Source: Desulfobacterales bacterium (GTDB lineage: Bacteria > Desulfobacterota > Desulfobacteria > Desulfobacterales > UBA5852). Taken from it: 64,000 nucleotides of DNA. Location: NCBI GenBank assembly GCA_963674755.2, contig CAXXVS010000002.1:1024001-1088000 (forward strand), read 5' to 3'. The notes beneath the pieces were generated by a model. That model had not been told where the DNA came from. It searched no databases and saw nothing but the letters and a program-made list of their open reading frames with translations. Numbering within the stretch: position 1 is the first letter of the stretch; each line of letters begins with the position of its first letter. This document shows, in pieces, positions 19,837 through 29,588 of this stretch. A program made the translations under genes and the position numbers.

Positions 19837-20916
19837 TTACCCCCGCATCTTTTGGCGCAATACTAAATCGCCTAAAACAAGGGCGGCCATGCTTTCGACG
19901 ATGGGTATGGCACGGGGTACGACGCACGGATCATGCCGGCCTTTGGCTTCCAGAATAGCCGGATCGCCATCGAAATTCACCGTCTTTTGAGGCAGCTTGA
20001 TCGTAGCCGGCGGTTTGAACGCCACGCGGAACACGATGGCGGCCCCGCTGCTGATCCCTCCCAGGGTACCGCCGCTGTTGTTCTGGGACGGTATAAGTCC
20101 GTTGCGTCCTTTCATAAAAGGATCGTTGTGGACCGAACCCTGCAACCGGGTTCCGGCAAAGCCCGAGCCGATTTCAAAGCCCTTGGTGGCCGGAATGGAG
20201 AGCATGGCCTGGGCCAGTTTGGCTTCCAACTTGTCAAAAATCGGTTCCCCCAATCCTGGTGGAACATGCCGGCATTCACAGGTAATGATGCCGCCGATGG
20301 AATCGCCCTTTTCCTTGAGCTGGATAATGAGGTGCTCCATTTCCTGCGCGGTCTTTTCGTGGGGACATCGCACGGTGTACTGATCCACAATCGCGCGGGA
20401 GATCGTTTCCGCCTCCAAAGCCGGCGCTTCGATGGCGCCGACCGCGCTGACCCAGGCGACGATGTCGATACCGTGTTGTTCCCGCAAATATTTTTCGGCG
20501 ATCGCTCCGGCGGCCACCCGGCCGATGGTCTCGCGGGCACTGGAGCGCCCGCCGCCACTACTGGCGCGGATGCCGTATTTGACTTGATAGGTGTAATCGG
20601 CATGGGAGGGCCGGGGAATATCCTGCATGGATTGGTAGTCGCCCGGGATCTGATCCTTGTTGGCTACCAGCAGACCGATGGGTGTTCCCAGGGTGTAGCC
20701 ATTTTCCACCCCCGACAGGATGGTCACCTGATCGGATTCCTGACGGTCGGTGGTCAACCGGCTCTGGCCGGGGCGACGGCGATCCAATTGCGGTTGAATA
20801 TCCCTATCACTGAGTGCCAAGCGTGGCGGAACGCCGTCGAGAATGGCGCCGACCCCTTTGCAATGGGATTCTCCAAATGTCGTGACTTTCAATAGGGTGC
20901 CGAATGAGCTGGACAT
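19837..20916 (-). CDS. aroC: chorismate synthase
   Basis: [34 protein letters not shown]. Confidence 0.97.
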   Translation of the reverse strand: MSSSFGTLLKVTTFGESHCKGVGAILDGVPPRLALSDRDIQPQLDRRRPGQSRLTTDRQESDQVTILSGVENGYTLGTPIGLLVANKDQIPGDYQSMQDIPRPSHADYTYQVKYGIRASSGGGRSSARETIGRVAAGAIAEKYLREQHGIDIVAWVSAVGAIEAPALEAETISRAIVDQYTVRCPHEKTAQEMEHLIIQLKEKGDSIGGIITCECRHVPPGLGEPIFDKLEAKLAQAMLSIPATKGFEIGSGFAGTRLQGSVHNDPFMKGRNGLIPSQNNSGGTLGGISSGAAIVFRVAFKPPATIKLPQKTVNFDGDPAILEAKGRHDPCVVPRAIPIVESMAALVLGDLVLRQKMRG

Positions 20917-20949
20917 GCGCCTCCTCCTGCCGGAAAATAAAACGATATC

Positions 20950-21072
20950 ACCATGAAGAGCATGAAGGCCGTGAAGATTCCGGCTTACGCCGGAAGGACA
21001 AACCTCATGTATGGCTTTACAATACTAACATAAGCGGTTTTAATTCTTCATGTTCTTGAAGACCTTCATGGT
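20950..21072. repeat. REP-like intergenic inverted element built from 9-bp CATGAAG units
   Basis: ACCATGAAGAGCATGAAGGCCGTGAAG at left; CTTCATGTTCTTGAAGACCTTCATGGT at right. Confidence 0.6.
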
Positions 21073-21090
21073 AATTTTTTTTGCAAGGTC

Positions 21091-22350
21091 TTATGCAAAA
21101 AGGGATTCGTAGACCTCCCAAAAATTCGGGAAGGACTTTTCCACACATGCGGGATTGCGGATGCGCGTCCCGGGGGCGCGCAGACCGGCCACCGCAAAAC
21201 TCATGGCAATCCGGTGATCATTATAGGTTTCGATCTCGGCCGCGGCAGGTTGGCCGCCTTGGATATGGAGATCATCACCTGAACTGCGCGCCTTGATGCC
21301 CATGGCGTTGAGCTCTGTAATGACGGCGGCCAGACGGTCGCATTCCTTGGCCTTGAGATGGGCGACGTTGCGGATGCAGGAGGTGCCCTCCGCGTAAGCC
21401 GCCACCACAGCCATGGTCGGGACCATATCCGGCATGTCGCCCATATCGGTCTCGATGGGTTTCAGGACGCCGCCCATCACAGTGATGCCGTCGGGTTCCT
21501 CTGTCACCTGACAGCCCATGTCCTCAAAGAGGCGCAAGATGTGCACATCCCCTTGCAGGGAATCGCCATGGATGCCGCGAACTTTGACCGCTTTTCCGGT
21601 GATCGCTCCGGCGGCCCAGAAATAGGAGGCATTGGAAACATCGGGTTCCACCGTATAATCGCCTGCACGATAGCGCTGACCGCCTGCGACACGGAAGTGA
21701 TCATAGCCGTCTCGCTCCACCTGCACGCCAAACCCCTGCATGATAGCGATCGTCAAATCGATATAGGGTTTCGAAACAGGCCCCTGCGAGACCTGGATAT
21801 TCAGGCCGTTTCGGGTCATCGGCGCCATCAACAGCAGCGACGACAGGAACTGACTGCTGATGGCGCAGTCGATGGTAACATCTCCCCCCCCCACAACACC
21901 TCCGGTGACCATCAGGGGCGGACAACCATTGTGGTGGATCGAGCGGGCCGGCACACCGATCTGAACCAAACTGTCGATAAGGGCCTGAACCGGTCTTTCC
22001 TGCATGCGCGGCGTGCCGGTCAAAAGATACGCCCCCTGCCCGAGAGCCGCCATGGAAATCAGAAGCCGCATGGAGGTTCCTGAATTGCCAAGATAAATCG
22101 GATCGACACTGGCCGCAAAGCGCCCCCCCAGCCCACAGATCTCGATCTTTTCGCCGTCGCAATGGAGCGGAACACCCATTTGGCGAAGCGCTCCCATCGT
22201 CAATTCGGTATCTTCGCTGCGGAGGGCGTTGACAACCCGCGAGGTGCCATCGGCCAGAGCTGCAGCGATGAGCACGCGGTGGGTATAACTCTTGGATCCG
22301 GGAACCGAAACGGCACAGCTCTGGACCGGGTTTGATGAGATGACGAACAT
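21091..22350 (-). CDS. aroA: 3-phosphoshikimate 1-carboxyvinyltransferase (EPSP synthase)
   Basis: PGSKS, LGNSGT.MR, SSQFLSSLL, KECDR, DHRIAMSF, KSFP. Confidence 0.97.
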   Translation of the reverse strand: MFVISSNPVQSCAVSVPGSKSYTHRVLIAAALADGTSRVVNALRSEDTELTMGALRQMGVPLHCDGEKIEICGLGGRFAASVDPIYLGNSGTSMRLLISMAALGQGAYLLTGTPRMQERPVQALIDSLVQIGVPARSIHHNGCPPLMVTGGVVGGGDVTIDCAISSQFLSSLLLMAPMTRNGLNIQVSQGPVSKPYIDLTIAIMQGFGVQVERDGYDHFRVAGGQRYRAGDYTVEPDVSNASYFWAAGAITGKAVKVRGIHGDSLQGDVHILRLFEDMGCQVTEEPDGITVMGGVLKPIETDMGDMPDMVPTMAVVAAYAEGTSCIRNVAHLKAKECDRLAAVITELNAMGIKARSSGDDLHIQGGQPAAAEIETYNDHRIAMSFAVAGLRAPGTRIRNPACVEKSFPNFWEVYESLFA

Positions 22351-22376
22351 GGGATCGCCGTACCTCCCCTTTCCCA

Positions 22377-22413
22377 ATAAAAAAGCCGCAGGCTTTTTTG
22401 GTGCCCACGGCTT
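22377..22413 (-). terminator. intrinsic terminator of the aroA attenuator
   Basis: minus strand AAGCCGTGGGC-ACCAAAAAA-GCCTGCGGCTT then TTTTATT; 11-bp stem with two G-U pairs. Confidence 0.85.
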
Positions 22414-22435
22414 CGGTTCCTGATGATGGCTGGTT

Positions 22436-22504
22436 TCAGCGACACCGCGGGCAGCAATTGGGCTCCGCCCAATAATACCCGAATCGGTCTCCTAAGTTTG
22501 CCAT
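22436..22504 (-). CDS. aromatic amino-acid attenuator leader peptide MANLGDRFGYYWAEPNCCPRCR
   Basis: GGGAG RBS, 22-codon ORF with clustered F-G-Y-Y-W, followed by antiterminator/terminator and then aroA. Confidence 0.8.
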   Translation of the reverse strand: MANLGDRFGYYWAEPNCCPRCR

Positions 22505-22577
22505 GTGATGACTCCCGCTTCTTCCCTGCCGTATGGAGGAATTCTGGTAAGAAATCCGGGAAAATTTGTCAAGACAT

Positions 22578-23186
22578 TTATTGCTGGCGCTTCGCTTGAC
22601 CGCAGCCGTCCGTTTCAAGCAACACGCGTCCCTCGCCCGGATAGACCGCGTGGGCTCCGCCGCGAATACCTGGCGGGCATTTCGGCCATCGTCCCGGTTG
22701 GGGTTCGCTGCCCTCAAGCGCCAGGATCGACGGCATTTTATCCGCCATGCAAGGGTTTTGGCGCAGATCGACGTTCTCAACCGGCCAGCTGAATTCGATG
22801 GGGATATTGTTGGGGTCAAAGGCATAAATCGAATGGATGAACCCATGGTCGATGATTTCGGACACCCATTGACCGGCCGCCTCCAGGCGATCTTTGAGCT
22901 GTCCGAGGTCTTCCTGCGTGGCGACTTGCAAGGACAGATGATCAAAGGCATAAGGCCCCTTTACCGGGACCCCGTGATCTTTTTCCTGCAAGGGCGCTAC
23001 TCCGGGCCATTCGAAGAAGGCGATCATGTCGTTGGGCGAAATTTCAAAAAAATAATGCCGATAACCCGGTCGCCCCAAACCCGCCACCAGCCGCATGCCG
23101 AGCAGATCCCGCCAATAGGCGATAGTGGCGTCCATATCGCCGGTGGCCATGGCCAGATGATTAATCCCAGTATAATTGATTTGCAC
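22578..23186 (-). CDS. VOC (glyoxalase-like) family protein
   Basis: GINHLAM, FDHLSL, SIYAFDPNNIPIEF. Confidence 0.85.
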   Translation of the reverse strand: MQINYTGINHLAMATGDMDATIAYWRDLLGMRLVAGLGRPGYRHYFFEISPNDMIAFFEWPGVAPLQEKDHGVPVKGPYAFDHLSLQVATQEDLGQLKDRLEAAGQWVSEIIDHGFIHSIYAFDPNNIPIEFSWPVENVDLRQNPCMADKMPSILALEGSEPQPGRWPKCPPGIRGGAHAVYPGEGRVLLETDGCGQAKRQQ

Positions 23187-23215
23187 GGTTCTGGTGCTCC
23201 TGATTTGATTGCCCG

Positions 23216-24439
23216 TTAGGGCTGCGGCACGGTCGCCTGGTAGATCTCCGCCGTACCGGAAAGATGATAGGCTCCGGCAGCGGCCGGTACCAGCACACTA
23301 TCGCCGCGGCTCAGCGGCATTCGTTGGCCCCCATTGTCCAGGGACATCATAAGTTGTCCCTGGGTTACGAACAGGATTTCGACGTTGCGCTGTGGCAGGC
23401 TGGCATGGGGCGCGTCGTGAGAGAGATGGATTCTGGCCAGGCTGAATTCTTCCGCAGGGGTCCGGAACCATGTTGCCGTCGCTGAAACGGGCTGCACGTC
23501 GACCATGCCGGGGGGGGTGGCTTCAAATCGCAGCACTGCCAGCAATTCCTCCCGATCGATATGTTTGGGGGTCAATCCTCCCCGCAGTACATTGTCGGAA
23601 TTGGCCATCAACTCGACCCCCACGCCTTCCAGATAGGCGTGTAGTTGGCCGGCCGGCAGGTAGACGGCTTGCCCGGGTTTCAAATGAATCAGGTTTAAAA
23701 TGAGCGGGGCAAGAAGACCGATATCGCCGGGGTAGGCCTCGGACAGCACCTCCAGCCAATGGGATACCGGTTCATCACAATTCCCTTTTAGCGCCTGCGA
23801 TAGGGCTTCATCGACCGTTCGCGCGAGTTCTTGTCCCTGCAACGACATCATGTGATGGAAGAGATGCCGTAAGGCCTTTGGGGGTGGCGCGTTTTGAAGG
23901 GCGGCGAAAATCTTTCCCAGACTTTCGGGGCAGTAGCTGTTTAGCTTTTGTTGGAGATCAGGCAACGGGCGGAATCCGTTCAATCCCCAGAAATCAGTCA
24001 AGGCACACAGGATTTCTGGCTTGTGGTTGTCGTCTCGGTAGTTGCGTTGCGGCGCATCCAGGGGAACCCCTTCACGATTTTCGCGCGCATATCCTTGGCG
24101 GGCCTGTTCCCGATTGGGATGGGCTTGAATGGAAAGAGGCGCATCGGCGGCCAGGATTTTAAACAAAAAGGGCAGCGCGGCGCCAAATCGTTGAACCACA
24201 GCCGGCCCGAGGATCTCTTCGGGGCAGCGCGCAATCAAATGATCGAGCGCCACTTCGTCATCGTCGCACAGGACCATGGACGGCGCCTTGGGATGGGCCC
24301 CCATCCAAAGTTCGGCTTCGGGACGATGCGACGGGGTGCCACGTCCGGTAAGATCGGCAATGGCCCTTTTCGATCCCCAGGCGTAATGTTGGATCGGGTT
24401 TTTCAGGCGATGCACGCGATGGCATGGATTCGTCAACAC
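23216..24439 (-). CDS. manA: mannose-6-phosphate isomerase, class I
   Basis: YAWGS, AELWMGAHP, PLSIQAHP, NHKPE, HAYLEG, MANSDNVLRGGLTPK. Confidence 0.96.
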   Translation of the reverse strand: MLTNPCHRVHRLKNPIQHYAWGSKRAIADLTGRGTPSHRPEAELWMGAHPKAPSMVLCDDDEVALDHLIARCPEEILGPAVVQRFGAALPFLFKILAADAPLSIQAHPNREQARQGYARENREGVPLDAPQRNYRDDNHKPEILCALTDFWGLNGFRPLPDLQQKLNSYCPESLGKIFAALQNAPPPKALRHLFHHMMSLQGQELARTVDEALSQALKGNCDEPVSHWLEVLSEAYPGDIGLLAPLILNLIHLKPGQAVYLPAGQLHAYLEGVGVELMANSDNVLRGGLTPKHIDREELLAVLRFEATPPGMVDVQPVSATATWFRTPAEEFSLARIHLSHDAPHASLPQRNVEILFVTQGQLMMSLDNGGQRMPLSRGDSVLVPAAAGAYHLSGTAEIYQATVPQP

Positions 24440-24778
24440 ACTCCCCCTTTGGCATATGGTTCAATCGGATGGCCACTGCTGGACGAAATAATGTCCGTCC
24501 CGAGATGGTCGATTTTGGTTCCGGTCAAGGCCGCAGTGATTTGGAAACCGACGGCGTAGCCGTATAAGCGGCAGCGGCGCGTAGCTGGGCTATAGCGAGG
24601 ATTTCCAATGACCGAGAACGCCGGCCGGGGCCGAAAGATGCCATTTATGGATGGGCACAAGATAACATTATACGACAAGCGAAACAGATGTTGAACGAAC
24701 AATAGAACTCATGCCATAATTCTGTCAAATGGCGCCCGTACCATCGCAGAAGCTGAGACGGGGTTAAAGGAGACGAAC

Positions 24779-26239
24779 ATCAAGCTGAACATTACGAACA
24801 AAGCCCTCCCGTCGGCAATAGCCCTCACGTTGGCCTTCAGCCTCGGGATGGCCCTGATCGGTCAGGTCGGCAGCCCGCAAAACGCCCCCCTGTCTCACGG
24901 GATCGTGCACTTCCTTTTGCTTGCCGGCCCATCGCCATCAGCGCTGCCATATGGAATCTTAACGACTATTAGGATACTCGACTGGGTGTTATGCCTCTCC
25001 CCCGGGGTGCTCACCCTTCTGGGATTTGCGCGCTGGGCGCTGCCCATGGCCTTGGCGGCAGCTGGCGGACTTGCCATCGCTTGCCTGGGGATAGCCGTCT
25101 TCCTCTATATGTCGACCGGCCTCCTGCTCACCACCAGCGCTCCACTTCTCGCCATCGGCTTTGGTCTTCTGGCAGGCTATCTCTTGTTGCACCCGCCTCC
25201 CGGAACCACAGCCGAGTCTTCCGGAAACCCGGCTTTCGGTCGACGTCCTCCCGCAAATGCCGTCCAAGCGATTATGCCTGAGTCCCCGGCGGATACACTG
25301 GCATCGAAAAAGATCTTTTCCAGCCCCCCCCGATCCGACTTTCATCCATTCGAGACAGAAAATGGCGGCGAGCCGGAAGACCGCATGACCATCGGTCGGT
25401 ACGAAATTATCCGCCCGATCGGAAAAGGGGCCATGGGCGAGGTGGTTCTGGGGCGCGATCCCAATATCAATCGGCTCACGGCCATCAAGACGGTCCATTT
25501 TGAAGAGACATTCGCCCCCGAAGATATCGAGCAGATCAAGGGCAAGTTTTTTCGGGAGGCGGAAAGCGCCGGTACCCTTTCGCATCCCCATATCGTCACC
25601 ATCTACGATGCCGGAGAAGACGGTGATTCCGCCTATATCGCCATGGAATTTCTCGAGGGATCCACGTTACTCAGGTTCGCCCGGCGTCAGCATCTCCTGC
25701 CCCTTAGAAGGTTCATCCGTTACATGGTACAGGTTGCTGAAGCCCTTGAGTATGCCCATAGCCAGGGTGTCATCCATCGTGACATTAAACCGGCCAATAT
25801 CATTTTAATGCAATCCGGTCAGATCAAAATCACCGATTTCGGCATTGCCCACATTGCCACCTCTTCCCAGACCCAAACCGGAGTGGTCAAGGGAACCCCG
25901 TACTATATGTCGCCCGAACAGTTTTCAGGACAAAAGGTGGACGGGCGCTCTGATATTTTTTCTTTGGGAACGACCATGTTCCAACTGCTTACCGGCACCC
26001 TGCCCTTTTATGCTGAAAGTCCGGCTCTGTTGATGAATCAAATTATGAATTTTCCCCATCCCAACCCGCGGGCTATTAATCCCCGGATCGTTCCGCAAAT
26101 GGTGGCCATCATCGATAAAGCGTTGGCCAAGGAACGTGAAAACCGCTATCAGAGCGCCAAGGCACTGGCGCGGGATTTGCTGCAGTTGGACATCCGCATC
26201 AAAGCCGCGCTGCGCAAAGGTCATTGGGGTAAACCCTAA
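24779..26239 (+). CDS. Hanks-type Ser/Thr protein kinase with N-terminal transmembrane segments
   Basis: IGKGAMGEV, AIK, HRDIKPAN, DFG, GTPYYMSPE; start uncertain (ATC 24779 behind AAGGAG, or TTG 24830 / ATG 24848). Confidence 0.92.
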   Translation: MKLNITNKALPSAIALTLAFSLGMALIGQVGSPQNAPLSHGIVHFLLLAGPSPSALPYGILTTIRILDWVLCLSPGVLTLLGFARWALPMALAAAGGLAIACLGIAVFLYMSTGLLLTTSAPLLAIGFGLLAGYLLLHPPPGTTAESSGNPAFGRRPPANAVQAIMPESPADTLASKKIFSSPPRSDFHPFETENGGEPEDRMTIGRYEIIRPIGKGAMGEVVLGRDPNINRLTAIKTVHFEETFAPEDIEQIKGKFFREAESAGTLSHPHIVTIYDAGEDGDSAYIAMEFLEGSTLLRFARRQHLLPLRRFIRYMVQVAEALEYAHSQGVIHRDIKPANIILMQSGQIKITDFGIAHIATSSQTQTGVVKGTPYYMSPEQFSGQKVDGRSDIFSLGTTMFQLLTGTLPFYAESPALLMNQIMNFPHPNPRAINPRIVPQMVAIIDKALAKERENRYQSAKALARDLLQLDIRIKAALRKGHWGKP

Positions 26240-26281
26240 TGCTAACCGCTTTTCCACCCTTTCCGGTGGACGATCACCGTC

Positions 26282-26309
26282 TTGACTTGCCCAAGCTATC
26301 TGTTATAGT
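26282..26309 (+). promoter_or_regulatory. sigma70-like promoter upstream of PP2C gene
   Basis: TTGACT-16 nt-TATAGT with TG before the -10. Confidence 0.5.
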
Positions 26310-26405
26310 TCTTCTGGCCTTGTATGGGCAAACCGTTTGAGATCATTGCATAATCATTTGTACGCCATCGTATTCTAAACCGACATCCGTCTCTACCGCC
26401 ATGGG

Positions 26406-27239
26406 ATGACCATGTTTCAAATCGTATCCGCCGGTCTTTCCGACATCGGGCGCAAACGCCGGTCCAATCAGGATTATTTCCTATTGGATGATCAGCATCG
26501 GCTGTATTTGGTGGCCGACGGTATGGGCGGCCATCAAGCCGGGGAAGTGGCCTCCCAATTGGTGGTCGATTCCATTCACAAGTTCTACATGTCAAATCCG
26601 TCAACATCCGCTTCCGCCGGGAGTGAGCCTCATGACCCGTCTCTGTCATCCGAGGCCAATCGATTACGGGAAGCGATTGGCTATGCCAATTTGCAGGTTT
26701 ATCAGGCAGCCGCCACCCATAAGCACTATCAGGGCATGGGCTCGACGCTGGCCGCCGTTCAATTCAGTGACAACATGTTTATTGCGGCCAACGTCGGCGA
26801 CAGCCCCATTTATCTCATCCACGATGACGCCATTGAAATGCTTTCCGTCCCCCATACGCTAATGGCGGAACAATCCGAGCTGAGCCCCGGCGACCCCACC
26901 GTTTTTGGTCCTGAACTCCAGCATATGTTGACGAGGGGCATGGGGGTGGAGGATACCGTAAGCCCCGATATTTGGGAATCCCCCTGCTTTAGCGGCGATC
27001 GTTTTGTCATCTGCTCCGACGGTTTGAGCGGTAAAGTGGCACCTGAAGAAATACGGGACCGGGCATCGAACCAGGATGCCGCCGTCGCCTGCCAATCGCT
27101 GGTCGAACTGGCGAACCAACGGGGTGGAGACGACAATATTACCGTTATTGTGTTGCAGGTCCACAAACCCGATACGCTGTTGCAGCGTCTGCGGGACGGG
27201 ATGGCAAGATTTGCCGGCGGAGGACCTTCCGGAAAGTGA
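26406..27239 (+). CDS. PP2C/PPM Ser/Thr phosphatase (Stp1/PrpC-like)
   Basis: GRKRRSNQD, VADGMGGH, GMGST, NVGDS, CSDGL, GGDDNIT. Confidence 0.95.
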   Translation: MTMFQIVSAGLSDIGRKRRSNQDYFLLDDQHRLYLVADGMGGHQAGEVASQLVVDSIHKFYMSNPSTSASAGSEPHDPSLSSEANRLREAIGYANLQVYQAAATHKHYQGMGSTLAAVQFSDNMFIAANVGDSPIYLIHDDAIEMLSVPHTLMAEQSELSPGDPTVFGPELQHMLTRGMGVEDTVSPDIWESPCFSGDRFVICSDGLSGKVAPEEIRDRASNQDAAVACQSLVELANQRGGDDNITVIVLQVHKPDTLLQRLRDGMARFAGGGPSGK

Positions 27240-27328
27240 ACTTGTAACGACGCCCGATACGGATGCTGAATCCGCCCTGCGGTAGGATGGACTGCGGACA
27301 CGGGCAAGACCATGACGAGGAATTCAAA

Positions 27329-28039
27329 ATGCCGACCATCACTCTCAGATTTAAGAACAACATCATTGAAACGCGCGAAATGCAGCTCGGCCAGTCCCTC
27401 ACGATCGGACGATTGGAGGACAACGATATCGTCATCGAAAATCTTGCCGTATCCGGGCACCATGCTAAAATCGACTCGGTCGGAGAGGGATATCTTCTGA
27501 CGGACTTGCAGAGCAAAAACGGCTGTTTCGTCAATGAAAAGCTGGTGGCCGTGCATTGGCTCGATCATGGCGACAAGATCAGTATCGGCAAGCACCTCCT
27601 GCAATTCACCTTCAAGGAGGGCGAGCCGCGTCCGTCAACCCCTACCCCTGATCAGCGGGACATGACGATGGTCATGGATACCGGGAAGTACCACGACATG
27701 TTGTCCAAAAGCGGCGGCGCAGAGCGCTTGTCATCCGAGGCCGACAAACCGGTGGGCGTTCTTTCCTACCTCGCCGGAGGTGAAGGTGAAGTCGAACTTG
27801 CGCGCAAACTGATCAAAATAGGTAAGGATTCCAATAGCGACATTCATGTCAGCGGATTGACCATCGGCCATACTTCGGCCACCATCAGCAAGCGTCCCAC
27901 CGGATACGTTTTAAGCTATGTCGCCGGACTGTCCAAACCCAAGGTCAATGGCAAAACTGTCAAGCAATCCGTGGCATTGAGGGAATTCGATGTCATCGAA
28001 ATCGGTTCTTTAAAGATGCAGTTCTTTACCAAAGAATGA
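27329..28039 (+). CDS. tandem FHA-domain protein
   Basis: FHA1: TIGR, VSGHHA, SKNG, GDKISIG; degenerate FHA2: KIGK, KVNG, DVIEIG; GAGG RBS before MPTITL. Confidence 0.88.
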   Translation: MPTITLRFKNNIIETREMQLGQSLTIGRLEDNDIVIENLAVSGHHAKIDSVGEGYLLTDLQSKNGCFVNEKLVAVHWLDHGDKISIGKHLLQFTFKEGEPRPSTPTPDQRDMTMVMDTGKYHDMLSKSGGAERLSSEADKPVGVLSYLAGGEGEVELARKLIKIGKDSNSDIHVSGLTIGHTSATISKRPTGYVLSYVAGLSKPKVNGKTVKQSVALREFDVIEIGSLKMQFFTKE

Positions 28040-28178
28040 CGGATTGGTAAAAAAGCATCACTGCGTTTTGCGGTTCCTTCTCCACTAAAGCGGCGTACCC
28101 TGACCCTGAATACGCTTTTGGTCCCCGCGTTAACGGTGTTCTTTAGGATTCACAAGCCTTTTTCTTATGGTTTGACGT

Positions 28179-29588
28179 GTGAAACTCGCCTTTCTTCATT
28201 ACCATCTCAAACCCGGTGGTGTCACAACTGTCCTGCGGCATCAAATACAGGCGCTTCGAGATGATGCCCAGCTGTTGGTTATCAGTGGTGAAACACCGCC
28301 TCCCGATTTTCCATGCAAAGTCGTTTGCGTCCCCGGGGTGGGGTATTCATCCCCGGATCGTCTCCCCCAGCAGGCCGGCCAGACAGCGGATGAAATCCGC
28401 CAAACCATACGGCAGTATTTCCGTGGGCCGTGTGATCTCCTTCATATCCATAATCCGCTCTTGGCCAAAAACCGCCTGTTTCTCGATATCATCCAATCCC
28501 TGCAGCAATCCGGGACGACGCTTTTCTTGCAGATCCACGACTTCGCCGAGGACGGCCGCCCCCTGGCGTCTTACAGCGACACGCCCTACCCCAGGGATTG
28601 TCACTACGGCGTGATCAATACCCGGGATTTCAACAACCTGATGAAGGCGGGACTGTCCCCTAAAGGCCTTCACCTCTTGCCCAATTGCATCGACCGCTTC
28701 GAGGGAACAGCGGAGGCTGTCCGGGAATCCTATGCCCTGTATCCGGTCAGGGCCATTCGCCGCAAAAACGTCGGCGAGGCGCTACTCTTATCGCTCTATC
28801 TGCCAGAAGGCCAGTCCGTCTTCTTCACCCAGCCGCCCAACAGCCCGGTGGACATTCCCAGCTATACGGGCTGGAAATCCTTTGCGGCCGCGCATCACCT
28901 GCCGGTGCGCTTTGAAATGGGAAAGCAACGACCTTTTCCATCTCTGGTGGCATCCGCATCATGGGTTTTAACCACCAGCATTTCCGAGGGATTCGGTTTT
29001 GCCTTTTTAGAACCATGGACCGCCGGCAAGGGACTGAAAGGACGCCTGATTCCTGATATCTGTCAGGATTTTTTAAACAACGGTATCATTTTGCCGTATT
29101 TGTATGATCGTATTGAAGTACCCATGGAATGGTGGGGACGCCAGCGCATCTTGGATCATTTTGCCGATTGTCTGGCATCCAACCGCCACGCTTATGGATC
29201 GCTATGGCCCCGGCCATGGGAGGAAACCTGCCTGGGTGCGCTCCAGCAAAGCAGCCGCATCGATTTCGGGATGTTGGATGAGGGGCTTCAAAGGGAATGC
29301 ATCGAACGGGTTTGTCATGATCCCATCCGTCGCCAGGAATTACTGGCAAGGAACCCGTCACTGGCAGCCATGCTCACTTCTAACGCTTCCCGTTCGACCA
29401 TCGTGCAGAACCAGGGCAGGATCGTATCCGCGTACGATCCCGATCGCTATCGGGAACATTTGCTCCAAATCTATAGCCGAATTTTGCAAGGACCGGTCAG
29501 GCATGCCATTGATCGGAGGCGTCTTCTGGCGGCCTTTCTAAAACCGGACCGTTTCAGTCTCCTGAAATGGGGTGCCTATCATGGCTGA
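28179..29588 (+). CDS. GT-B fold (GT4-like) glycosyltransferase
   Basis: HYHLKPGGVTTV, PVRAIRRKNVGE, TTSISEGFGFAFLE (E-x7-E). Confidence 0.8.
   Translation: MKLAFLHYHLKPGGVTTVLRHQIQALRDDAQLLVISGETPPPDFPCKVVCVPGVGYSSPDRLPQQAGQTADEIRQTIRQYFRGPCDLLHIHNPLLAKNRLFLDIIQSLQQSGTTLFLQIHDFAEDGRPLASYSDTPYPRDCHYGVINTRDFNNLMKAGLSPKGLHLLPNCIDRFEGTAEAVRESYALYPVRAIRRKNVGEALLLSLYLPEGQSVFFTQPPNSPVDIPSYTGWKSFAAAHHLPVRFEMGKQRPFPSLVASASWVLTTSISEGFGFAFLEPWTAGKGLKGRLIPDICQDFLNNGIILPYLYDRIEVPMEWWGRQRILDHFADCLASNRHAYGSLWPRPWEETCLGALQQSSRIDFGMLDEGLQRECIERVCHDPIRRQELLARNPSLAAMLTSNASRSTIVQNQGRIVSAYDPDRYREHLLQIYSRILQGPVRHAIDRRRLLAAFLKPDRFSLLKWGAYHG

Noticed and set aside
19933..20895. Long antisense ORFs (e.g. 19933-20895, 45726-46547, 59789-60625)
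   Set aside because: Shadows of GC-rich coding genes on the opposite strand with no recognisable motifs.
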